Positions 17,044-25,496 of a stretch of 32,000 nt of DNA are shown piece after piece. The notes beneath the pieces were generated by a model. It was given only the letters and a program-made list of their open reading frames with translations, made no database searches and was not told the origin of the DNA. The translations under genes were made by a program, and so were the position numbers. This DNA is from Candidatus Nitrosopumilus koreensis AR1 (GTDB lineage: Archaea > Thermoproteota > Nitrososphaeria > Nitrososphaerales > Nitrosopumilaceae), in assembly GCF_000299365.1 (NCBI RefSeq), contig NC_018655.1, forward strand, positions 1 through 32,000. The letters are read 5' to 3'. Positions within the stretch are counted from its first letter, which is position 1. Each line of letters starts with the position of its first letter.

Positions 17044-17901
17044 CTACGCAAATTCTTTTGCCTTTCTAATGTTCTCAAAGTCATCTCTATCATCATCAAT
17101 TGGAGTTTCTAAAACTATGGGTATTTTTTTCTTGTTTGCAAACTTTACAATGGCAGAAATTCCTTTCTCTCCAATTCCACCCAATCCTAAATGATAGTGT
17201 CTATCTAGGTTGCAACCAATCTCACCTTTTGCATCATTTAGATGAAGAATTTTCAAATTATCCATTCCTATGTATTTATCAAATTCTGCAAAAGTCTTTT
17301 TCACTGCATCTTCAGTTCTCAAATCATATCCTGAAACGAACGCGTGACATGAATCTAAACATACGCCAAATTTTTTTGAAGGCTTTAGTTGTTTGAATAT
17401 TTCTCCTAATTGTTTAAAGTTTGAACCAACAGAATTTTTTTGTCCTGCGGTGTTCTCTAGTAGAATCATTACATCATTTTTTGTTTGCCCAGCTTTGGTT
17501 AATCCTTTAACCAGTCTCTTTATTCCTGCTTCTTCTCCTGTGCCCAAATGACTTCCAAGATGAGTTACAAGATATGGAATTCCTAATTGTGCACATCGTT
17601 CAACTTCATCTATCAGAGTTTTTACTGATTTTTCAAAGCCATCATCTTTTGGAGTTGCTAAATTTGGAAGATATGGCATATGGGCACAAGTTGCAAATCT
17701 GTCAATCTTACTTTCTTTTAGTTTTGATTTGAATTTGGTAATGTCTTTTTTAGTGAGCGCTTTTGCATGCCATCCTCTTGGATTTCTAGTAAATATTTGA
17801 AATGCAGAACATTCTCTTTCAATTGCGTTGTCAACTGCTTTGTCAATGGAACCTGAAATTGATACATGACAACCAATCTGCATTATTCTAATTTTACTCA
17901 A
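17044..17901 (-). CDS. nfo: Endonuclease IV (deoxyribonuclease IV, AP endonuclease)
   Basis: GCHVSISGSIDKAVDNAIERECSAFQIFTRNPRGW, THLGSHLGTG, LLENTAGQ, VCLDSCHAFVSGYD and LHLNDAKGEIG. Start is probably at the internal Met (MQIGCHVS). Confidence 0.93.
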   Translation of the reverse strand: MSKIRIMQIGCHVSISGSIDKAVDNAIERECSAFQIFTRNPRGWHAKALTKKDITKFKSKLKESKIDRFATCAHMPYLPNLATPKDDGFEKSVKTLIDEVERCAQLGIPYLVTHLGSHLGTGEEAGIKRLVKGLTKAGQTKNDVMILLENTAGQKNSVGSNFKQLGEIFKQLKPSKKFGVCLDSCHAFVSGYDLRTEDAVKKTFAEFDKYIGMDNLKILHLNDAKGEIGCNLDRHYHLGLGGIGEKGISAIVKFANKKKIPIVLETPIDDDRDDFENIRKAKEFA

Positions 17902-17938
17902 ACATAATTTAAATCAGCATCAAAACGATGAAACCAGA

Positions 17939-17947
17939 TTTTTAAGT
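17939..17947 (+). promoter_or_regulatory. Candidate TATA-like element for the priL-priS operon
   Basis: TTTTTAAGT is centred about 25 nt upstream of ATG 17968. Confidence 0.4.
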
Positions 17948-17967
17948 AAACTAGGTAAATTACTAGT

Positions 17968-18993
17968 ATGCTTGCACTAGGCCAAGACGAAATTGCAAAG
18001 TATCCGTTTTTAGCTGATGCTGGTCAATATCTCAAAGACAAAGGATTTACTCTGGAACAGTTTGGAACTGATCCTGATCTAAAAGATCTGGTGATCAAAG
18101 CATATGAAAGAATTCAGGTAGCTGCAGACGGAAAGATCTACAAATCTGACCTACTTGGAGATCAAGTGTCTAAAGAGGCTGCACTGCCAAGGGAGGTTTT
18201 CTCGTTTTTACTGGCTATAGTCTTGCTCAAACTCAGTGGCATGCACACTCTAATCAAAAGATTTGCACTTGCAGAAGCTAGACGGGCAGAAAAATATCTA
18301 GAAAAAGACCTGGCAAATATTTCAGATGAATCAAAAAAACAATTGGCAATTAAAATAATTGATGATTTATTTTCAGTTCAGATAGAAAAATTTAATGATT
18401 ATTTTGTAATTCCTGTATCTGATTATCTAAAACACTCAATTAACTTTCATGAAAGGGAATGGAAGCTAACTAACAGACATGTGGAAAATGGGCAAGTGTT
18501 TCTTACCCCTCATGAAACAGTAAGATTAATCAGAAAAGAATTAGGCACATACATTAATTCAAAAATTGTAAACGCAAAAACTCCTACAATGATTCCTGGT
18601 TTTGAGGACTCTGTAAACAAACTTGTAATGCTTTCAAAAAAATTCTCAACTTTTACAGTAACTACTGGGGAATATCCCCCATGTATCAAACATGCCATTG
18701 ATATACTTGAAAAGGGAGAAAACCTTCCGCACTCTGGCAGATTTATGTTAGCTACTTTTCTTTTATCCAAAGGTCAGTCGGTTCAACAAATCGCACCACT
18801 ATTCAAAAACGCACCTGACTATAACGAACGCGTAACGCTTTACCAGTTAAATCATTTAGCTGGAACATCTGGAAGCGGCACTCAGTATTCTTGCCCTTCC
18901 TGTGAAAAACTAAAAACACAAAGTCTATGTTTTGCAACATCAGAGTGTGATGGAATAATTAGTCCTTTACAATTTGGAAAGAAGAGAAAATAA
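17968..18993 (+). CDS. priL: DNA primase large subunit
   Basis: C-terminal PriL Fe-S domain: YPPCIKHAIDIL, HSGRFMLATFLLSKG, YNERVTLYQLNHLAG, YSCPSCEKLKTQSLC. Confidence 0.9.
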   Translation: MLALGQDEIAKYPFLADAGQYLKDKGFTLEQFGTDPDLKDLVIKAYERIQVAADGKIYKSDLLGDQVSKEAALPREVFSFLLAIVLLKLSGMHTLIKRFALAEARRAEKYLEKDLANISDESKKQLAIKIIDDLFSVQIEKFNDYFVIPVSDYLKHSINFHEREWKLTNRHVENGQVFLTPHETVRLIRKELGTYINSKIVNAKTPTMIPGFEDSVNKLVMLSKKFSTFTVTTGEYPPCIKHAIDILEKGENLPHSGRFMLATFLLSKGQSVQQIAPLFKNAPDYNERVTLYQLNHLAGTSGSGTQYSCPSCEKLKTQSLCFATSECDGIISPLQFGKKRK

Positions 18994-20114
18994 TGAAAGA
19001 GACTGAGATAAAATTTTTAGAAAACTCGTTCAAAAAATATTATTTTGAGCATTTTGATCTTATTCGTGTACCTGAACGTACATCTGAAAGAGAGTTTGGT
19101 TATCAAAAATTCAACTCTGGAATGACTCGTCATATTTCAGTCAAAGATGATAAAGAATTGCATTTACTATTAATGCAAAATGTTCCATCTGATGTATACT
19201 GCTCAAATGCATATTATTCATTTCCAAACTTACCTATGAATGAAAAAGACTGGAAAGAGGCCGATCTCATTTTTGATATTGATGCAAAAGATCTTAATTT
19301 ATCATGTAGAAAGGATCATACAGTATCTATCTGTAATGAATGTGATAACATTTCAGATAATTCTGAAAAATGTGTAAAATGTAATTCAACAAAATTAGAA
19401 AAAAAATCTCTACCTTGCAAAAACTGTATAGAATCATCAAAAACTGAAGTTTTAAAATTATCTGAAATTTTAACAAATGATTTTTCAATAAACAATGATG
19501 ATATTCAAGTATATTTCTCAGGCAATGAAGGATTTCATATCTATGTATATAATTCCCAATTTCAACAAAATGGTTCTAGAGAAAGATCCGAGCTTGTCGA
19601 TTACATAATGTTTAATGGCGCAATTCCTGAAAAGTTTGGAATGAAAAAATTCAAACCCGATAGAAAATCCTTTCCAGATTTTGATGAGTTTGGATGGCGG
19701 GGTAGATTTTCAAAATATGTATTTGGTTCAAAATCAAAAAGATCAAAGATTATTTCAGAATTACTTTCAAATGGATATTCATCTTTTCAAAAAGTTTTAG
19801 ATGATGTTTCTGAAAATATTGGTGCAAAAATTGATCCTAATGTAACAATGGATATACACAGAATTTTTCGTTTACCTGGTTCAATTAATAGCAAGAGTGG
19901 TCTTACAAAAATTCATTGTAAGAACTTGGAAAAATTTGATGCTTATGCGGATTCATCTTTTCTTAGTGAAGACACTGTAGAGGTATTGGCAAATTGTCCA
20001 ATTGAGTTTAAACTAAAAAACAAAAAATTTGGACCCTACTCTAATGAAAAAATAAGTGTGCCTACATTTGCTGCAGCTTACATGATCTGCAAAAAACTAG
20101 CAACAATTGCTTGA
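18993..20114 (+). CDS. priS: DNA primase catalytic small subunit
   Basis: LIFDIDAKDLNLSC catalytic acidic motif, YFSGNEGFHIYVYN, RLPGSINSKSGLT; 1-nt overlap with priL. Confidence 0.92.
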   Translation: MKETEIKFLENSFKKYYFEHFDLIRVPERTSEREFGYQKFNSGMTRHISVKDDKELHLLLMQNVPSDVYCSNAYYSFPNLPMNEKDWKEADLIFDIDAKDLNLSCRKDHTVSICNECDNISDNSEKCVKCNSTKLEKKSLPCKNCIESSKTEVLKLSEILTNDFSINNDDIQVYFSGNEGFHIYVYNSQFQQNGSRERSELVDYIMFNGAIPEKFGMKKFKPDRKSFPDFDEFGWRGRFSKYVFGSKSKRSKIISELLSNGYSSFQKVLDDVSENIGAKIDPNVTMDIHRIFRLPGSINSKSGLTKIHCKNLEKFDAYADSSFLSEDTVEVLANCPIEFKLKNKKFGPYSNEKISVPTFAAAYMICKKLATIA

Positions 20115-20155
20115 TTTTGCCGGTAAGACATTAATTTGCCGAAACTCAACTCAAC

Positions 20156-23017
20156 TTGATTTTGTATAGCGCCTCTACAGATAAGCAGACTCCTCCACCT
20201 GATGCTGGAAAGTACATACGATTAGGAATTGTTGCAGTAATTGGTATTGTTATCTTTGCAATTGTAGGTAATCAAGCAGTAATTTTATCAATGAATTTTA
20301 CCGAATTTGGCGATCAGTTTACCAAACCTCTCTATTACACGCTTGTGTCTACCATAATTCTATCTGCAATCGCACTAGTTCGTGTGAATATTTTGGGAAG
20401 ATCTTCTATTTTCTGGTATGCAATTAGTACTGCAATCGGATTTTTGGGAAAAAGCGGCCAACAGCCCATATCCAACGTGGTCCCAAGTTTTAGGGATTAC
20501 AAACTTAGTTCAGCACAATTTGTAATCTGGCAAATCACCAAAATTTTCCTTTTTGGCGCATTCTTTGCAAATGTCATGTTTGGATTTGCTGCAATGTCTT
20601 TTATTGATGGAAATTATCTTGGAGTGGAAAATCTACCAAAATTATTCTCATTACCATTTGTAACACCTGAAACTGATCCAAATTATGCTGCAGAAAATGT
20701 AGTTCCCATGATTCCTGCATTAGTAATTTTGATTCCTCCAATACTTGCAGCTATTGGATTACGTTTAGTTCTGTATGTTGGTATACACAGAATAATCAAT
20801 GTGATAACTTCATTTCTTCAAGATTCAAATGAAGGTAAACCACGATACCTCAACTATGTTTCAACTATTGAAGGAATAATTGGTATTGGAATAATCTGGG
20901 CAGGGTTTAATCTATTTTTCACTGACCAAATTGACTATAATACAAGATACGTTATTGGTGGAACACTGATAATTGGATTTGCATTAATTGCATTTTCAGT
21001 TATTGATAGGATTAGAGCACGTGTTCTAACTCATATGTTTAAGAGAGATGTATACATTCGAATTCTTACGATAATTGCAATTGCTATAATTGTTGCAGGT
21101 TTTGTTTCTGTAAACAATAGTATTGCAGATGCAAAAAAGATTGAATATTTAGGACCATACACTGCTCAGCAAATTGGAGTTAATAGATATCTTGGAGAAC
21201 TAAACAACATTCAAGAAAACACTCATGATGTTCAATTAACAGCTGTTTCTCCAAATAATATCAAAAACTATGTATCTCAAAATAGTGATGTTCTTGATGT
21301 CATTCGAGTTTGGGACTGGGAAGCAGCTTTTGCTAAATTAAAGCCTGAAATCGGCCTTATTCCTTATGTAGACTTTGAAGATAATGATATTCTTAGGTTT
21401 AACAATACTTTGTATTGGACTGCATCTATGAAACCAATCCTTCCAACATCTGTTAGTCTTGAAAATAGATGGTATAACGAACATCTCGTGTATACTCATG
21501 TTCCAGAAGGATTCCTTACTTTAGAGGCAACAGATGGACAAATTGTTGAAAGTGACCAGTTCTTCAAACAAAGAGAAATTTACTATGGTGAAGGTGGCCT
21601 GTTTGAGCAAACATGGTCAGGATATCCAAATTCCAGAGGTTCTACTAGTGCAGAACTTGGTGGCGCATCATATTCTGGACTAGGAGGATTAGATGTATCC
21701 CCTCCATTAAGTTGGATGTTTGAGCCAAACTTTTTGCTCTCATTTCCAGCAGAATCTGTTCATATTATGAGATACAAAGATGTTAATGATAGAATGGAAA
21801 CATTGTATCCTTATTTCCTCTATAACCTATTTGGTAAAGAATTAGATTCACTTCCTGTAACTGATGGAGAAAACTCCTATTGGCTAATTCCATTGATAAT
21901 CGGATTTGATACAAGAGATGTTCCATGGTCAGTAGGCAATCCGTATTTACGTCTAGTCGGATATGCTTTAGTTGATTCATACAATGGTGATATTCAATTA
22001 CTAAAAACTGGAGATGATTTCTTTACAGAAATGTTTGCTAGTCAATATGCTGAACAATTTCAACCAATGCCCGCTTGGTTAGAAGAACAAATCAGATATC
22101 CTGTTGAATTGTTTAACTGGAAAACAGAAATGTATAATGTTTACCATGTGACAAATGTAGAAACATTCATTCAAGCAAATGAGTTTTACGAGATCCCTCG
22201 TGGTCTTGATACCTATTATGTAGAAGCAAAACCACCCGGATTTGATCAAACTGAATTTATAGGATTACTATCACTAGAATTGAGAGGTTCTCAAGGAAGA
22301 AATCTTGCAGGATACATGGTAGTTGAAAATGATCTCACTAACTTAGGAAACTTGCAGTTCTATGAAGTTCCATTAAATTCGACTACCAAATTAATTGGCC
22401 CAACCGCAGTTAGGGAAGCTCTTGACAGAGATCCTGAATTTGCTCAATTAAAGACATTATTGAGAAATCCAAGAATAGGTGATAACATTTTGTATCGTGT
22501 AGGCGTTCATGATGTTTACTTTATTCCAGTTTACACTGCTGGTGCTGGTGGTGTAGTGGCACAATTAGGCACAATTGCAGCGGTTGGTGCTGCATTTAAT
22601 GGTGAATATTTTGTTGGACTAGGTGATACTCAAGAAAAGGCCTTTGAAGCTTACTTGAAAAAAGTTTCAGGTGTAGCAGGAGCTGTAACCGTAGCTGATG
22701 ATGATTATATTGAATTAGATAGAGACGACAGAATTGAAATAATCAAATCTGTATTTGAAGAAAATGAAATTACTGTTTCAGAACCTACATCAATACAAAT
22801 TCCACTATCGTTTAATGAAGGAGAATTATTCTTCTTTACTGAAAATGATAAGGAAGATACTGTAGAGTTCTTATCTCAATTCATTGATGACTTTGTAAAA
22901 CCAAGAAGTGATAGAGTATTCATGTGGCAAGAAGAAAATAATCTCAACATTGGAACAATATTTGTCAAAGATGGAATATCTGAAATCCATTATGTCTCAA
23001 TTGAGGTAGGCAACTAA
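20156..23017 (+). CDS. UPF0182-family large membrane protein
   Basis: Seven or so N-terminal hydrophobic segments followed by a large soluble domain with ENRWYNEHLVYTHVPEGFLTLEAT, REIYYGEGG, YFLYNLFGKE and TPVYTAG-like VYFIPVYTAGAGG. Confidence 0.8.
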   Translation: MILYSASTDKQTPPPDAGKYIRLGIVAVIGIVIFAIVGNQAVILSMNFTEFGDQFTKPLYYTLVSTIILSAIALVRVNILGRSSIFWYAISTAIGFLGKSGQQPISNVVPSFRDYKLSSAQFVIWQITKIFLFGAFFANVMFGFAAMSFIDGNYLGVENLPKLFSLPFVTPETDPNYAAENVVPMIPALVILIPPILAAIGLRLVLYVGIHRIINVITSFLQDSNEGKPRYLNYVSTIEGIIGIGIIWAGFNLFFTDQIDYNTRYVIGGTLIIGFALIAFSVIDRIRARVLTHMFKRDVYIRILTIIAIAIIVAGFVSVNNSIADAKKIEYLGPYTAQQIGVNRYLGELNNIQENTHDVQLTAVSPNNIKNYVSQNSDVLDVIRVWDWEAAFAKLKPEIGLIPYVDFEDNDILRFNNTLYWTASMKPILPTSVSLENRWYNEHLVYTHVPEGFLTLEATDGQIVESDQFFKQREIYYGEGGLFEQTWSGYPNSRGSTSAELGGASYSGLGGLDVSPPLSWMFEPNFLLSFPAESVHIMRYKDVNDRMETLYPYFLYNLFGKELDSLPVTDGENSYWLIPLIIGFDTRDVPWSVGNPYLRLVGYALVDSYNGDIQLLKTGDDFFTEMFASQYAEQFQPMPAWLEEQIRYPVELFNWKTEMYNVYHVTNVETFIQANEFYEIPRGLDTYYVEAKPPGFDQTEFIGLLSLELRGSQGRNLAGYMVVENDLTNLGNLQFYEVPLNSTTKLIGPTAVREALDRDPEFAQLKTLLRNPRIGDNILYRVGVHDVYFIPVYTAGAGGVVAQLGTIAAVGAAFNGEYFVGLGDTQEKAFEAYLKKVSGVAGAVTVADDDYIELDRDDRIEIIKSVFEENEITVSEPTSIQIPLSFNEGELFFFTENDKEDTVEFLSQFIDDFVKPRSDRVFMWQEENNLNIGTIFVKDGISEIHYVSIEVGN

Positions 23018-23560
23018 TTGCTTCTAGTTGTTGATAATGGTTCTGTTTACACAAAAAATCTAATTGATTTTCTTACAAAAAAAAATATCTCATTTGCCAA
23101 ACAAACCCCAAATATTTTAGATCTAAATTCATTACAAAATTTTGACTCTTTTATCTTGTCTGGGAGAAGAAAAAATGAAAAAAAAATTAATGAGGTCAAC
23201 TCAAAAATTATACTACATTCAATTGAAAATAATTCAAAATTACTAGGAATCTGTTATGGTGCAGAAATTTTAGCACTTACCTTGGGTGGAACAATAAAAA
23301 AAAGTCCTTCACTTAAGAAAGGAAATGAAATTATTCATATTCTAAAAAATACATTGATTGCCAATGATTCTATATCCGTATTTGAAAGTCATGGTTTTGA
23401 AATATCTAAACTTCCTGAAAAATTAATTCAACTTGGAGAATCAAACAACTGTAAATATGAAATCATACAATATGAAAACAAACCAATTTTTGGAACACAA
23501 TTTCATCCAGAAATGACTCCTGATGGAAATGATTTGATTGAAAAATTTTGTTTACTATGA
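23018..23560 (+). CDS. Class I glutamine amidotransferase (GMP synthase GATase subunit-like)
   Basis: VVDNGSVYTKNLIDFL, LLGICYGAEILALTLGG nucleophile region and IFGTQFHPEM His-Glu motif; TTG start immediately after the upstream stop. Confidence 0.75.
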   Translation: MLLVVDNGSVYTKNLIDFLTKKNISFAKQTPNILDLNSLQNFDSFILSGRRKNEKKINEVNSKIILHSIENNSKLLGICYGAEILALTLGGTIKKSPSLKKGNEIIHILKNTLIANDSISVFESHGFEISKLPEKLIQLGESNNCKYEIIQYENKPIFGTQFHPEMTPDGNDLIEKFCLL

Positions 23561-23593
23561 AGGATTTTAATTACTCAAAAAGCACACTAATTC

Positions 23594-24556
23594 ATGGATC
23601 AAGAAGATCATGAGCTGCTCTTACCTTTAGTTGAAGAAGAAAACATTTGTCTTCCATTGCCTGTTAATGTTGTCTCTAAATATTGGAATGTTGATTTACC
23701 TATGGCCGAAGCCGCTGAAACTGCAAAAAAATATTCAGGATTCAATGGTAGTGTGATAATTGAAGGAATAGAATCAGCTGAAAGACATGGATTAGTATGC
23801 AAAATAGTACATTCTTCTTTAAACGAATTAAAAAAAATAATTGACTCTGGAATCCCTCCAATAGTAATTCTTCCTGGAATTCCAGAAGTTACACAACATG
23901 CTTCAATTATTACTGGATATGATGATAAAGAAAAAACAATTCTACATTATATTCAGAAAGGAAATCAAAAAGGAGAGATGCAGGAAGGTGCGATTCCTGA
24001 AGATATTTTTGAAAAAGAATGGTCTGAAGAAGGAAAAATATTGATATTGTTAGCTCCCTCCGATATTATGTCTTCTATCAAACTTGAAAATGACTCTTTT
24101 GAAAAATCAAATAGATTATGTTTTGAATCAGAGAGACAAAATATTTTAAAAAATTTTTCTGAATCAATTGAATTACTAAAACAAGCAATTGAGATTAATC
24201 CTAATAATTCAACTGCTCTTCATCTTTTAGGAACTATGATGAATGAACAAAAATCACCTGAATGTGTAAAGTGTTATGAAAAATGTTTAGAAATCAATAA
24301 TAGATCATATCTTACCTATAACGGTCTTGGTAACTTTTATCTAAAAACAAACCAATTTGAAAAGGCTGAAGATAATTACACAAAAGCAATTGAAATTAAT
24401 CCAAAACGTTCTGCTAAAATTTACAAAAATAGAGCCTATCTTAGGGAGAAACAAAATAAGAATGATGATGCAAAGGAAGATCTCAAAAACTATTTGAAAT
24501 ATTTTCCAAAAGCACCTGATAGGGGAATTATAGAACAAGCAATTAGAGAAATTTGA
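23594..24556 (+). CDS. Papain-like (C39-like) peptidase-domain protein fused to TPR repeats
   Basis: N-terminal ENICLPLPVNVVSKYW (Cys helix) and TQHASIITGYDD (His); C-terminal AIEINPNNSTALHLLGTMM, LTYNGLGNFYLKTNQFEKAEDNYTKAIEINP and YKNRAYLREKQNKNDDAKEDLKNYLKYFP TPRs. Confidence 0.65.
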   Translation: MDQEDHELLLPLVEEENICLPLPVNVVSKYWNVDLPMAEAAETAKKYSGFNGSVIIEGIESAERHGLVCKIVHSSLNELKKIIDSGIPPIVILPGIPEVTQHASIITGYDDKEKTILHYIQKGNQKGEMQEGAIPEDIFEKEWSEEGKILILLAPSDIMSSIKLENDSFEKSNRLCFESERQNILKNFSESIELLKQAIEINPNNSTALHLLGTMMNEQKSPECVKCYEKCLEINNRSYLTYNGLGNFYLKTNQFEKAEDNYTKAIEINPKRSAKIYKNRAYLREKQNKNDDAKEDLKNYLKYFPKAPDRGIIEQAIREI

Positions 24557-24557
24557 T

Positions 24558-24630
24558 GCGGAGTGCGGGATTTGAACCCGCGGCCTTCAGCTTGGGAAGC
24601 TGACGTCATACCAGACTAAACTAACTCCGC
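24558..24630 (-). tRNA. tRNA-Gly (anticodon CCC)
   Basis: Reverse complement GCGGAGT-TA-GTTTAGTCTGGTATGAC-G-TCAGC-TTCCCAA-GCTGA-AGGCC-GCGGG-TTCAAAT-CCCGC-ACTCCGC folds as a 73-nt cloverleaf with a 7-bp acceptor, 5-bp anticodon and 5-bp T stems. CCA is not encoded. Confidence 0.93.
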
Positions 24631-24682
24631 TTGAGCCATGTTTGTTAACTATGATTAAATATCTTAATCTGTAAATTACAAT

Positions 24683-24856
24683 ATGGATGCAAAATGTCCT
24701 GAATGTGAAAAAGTCGCAATACTGGATGATAAAATTACGAATGTAAGGTGTCCGCATTGCAATTTTGAAGCAGACTATGATACGTATATTGAAATCATGA
24801 AAGACCAGGCAATCAATATGTCCTCTGAGTATATTCCTGACAGACCTGGATTGTAA
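24683..24856 (+). CDS. 57-aa zinc-ribbon microprotein
   Basis: MDAKCPECEKVAILDDKITNVRCPHCNFEADYDTYIEIMKDQAINMSSEYIPDRPGL; two CxxC knuckles (CPEC, CPHC). Below the ORF-track length cutoff. Confidence 0.8.
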   Translation: MDAKCPECEKVAILDDKITNVRCPHCNFEADYDTYIEIMKDQAINMSSEYIPDRPGL

Positions 24857-24857
24857 A

Positions 24858-24980
24858 CTACCAATAATTTCCCTTATCTGAACAATCTAGATGTGACCCA
24901 CAATTTGGGCAAAACATATGGCAAGCTTGCATGTCCACCATCTTATTATCGCATTTAGGACATCGTATATCCTCTACCAT
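24858..24980 (-). CDS. 40-aa zinc-ribbon microprotein
   Basis: MVEDIRCPKCDNKMVDMQACHMFCPNCGSHLDCSDKGNYW; CPKC and CPNC knuckles. Below the ORF-track length cutoff. Confidence 0.75.
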   Translation of the reverse strand: MVEDIRCPKCDNKMVDMQACHMFCPNCGSHLDCSDKGNYW

Positions 24981-25054
24981 GATTCTTCTTGTGATTATTA
25001 ATTTAAAAATAATGTCCAAAGGTTAATTAGTCGTTTCACTTTTTTTTCGAATAC

Positions 25055-25465
25055 TTGGCAAACTTCAAGATAACCATATCTGATATCAAAGGAAAATCAA
25101 TGTCAAAAGAGCTCAAAGACAGTGATGCTAATCCTCTTCTTGGCCTTGAATTGGGAAATGAAACTGATGCTTCTATTGTTGGTTTAAGTGGAAAACTAAA
25201 ACTTACTGGTGGAAGTGACAAGTCTGGTGTTCCAATGAGAAATGATATTCATGGTTCTGCAAGAAAATATGTTTTACTTTCTAAAGGAGTCGGTTTGCAA
25301 GCAGCAGAGAAAGGACAAAGAGTAAGAAAGTTAATGCGTGGAAATGCTGTTTCAGAAGAAATCTATCAGATTAATTGTAAATATGATGGTGAATTACCCA
25401 TTGAAGCTCCTGCTGAGGATGCAGTAGAGTCTTCAGAAGAAAAACCTGAAGATAAAAAAGAATAA
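25055..25465 (+). CDS. rps6e: Ribosomal protein S6e
   Basis: TTG start; FKITISDIKGKSMSKEL, GLSGKLKLTGGSDKSGVPMRNDIHGSARKYVLLSKGVG, RKLMRGNAVSEEIYQIN. Confidence 0.95.
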   Translation: MANFKITISDIKGKSMSKELKDSDANPLLGLELGNETDASIVGLSGKLKLTGGSDKSGVPMRNDIHGSARKYVLLSKGVGLQAAEKGQRVRKLMRGNAVSEEIYQINCKYDGELPIEAPAEDAVESSEEKPEDKKE

Positions 25466-25496
25466 CTTAACATATACCGCTTCTACATTTTGACTC

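Noticed and set aside
20156-24556. Defence-island interpretation of the UPF0182/GATase/peptidase-TPR run
   Set aside because: TPR and peptidase domains occur in some defence systems, but there is no nuclease, NTPase sensor or neighbouring defence gene, and flanks are primase, tRNA and ribosomal genes. Retained only as a functional-linkage question.
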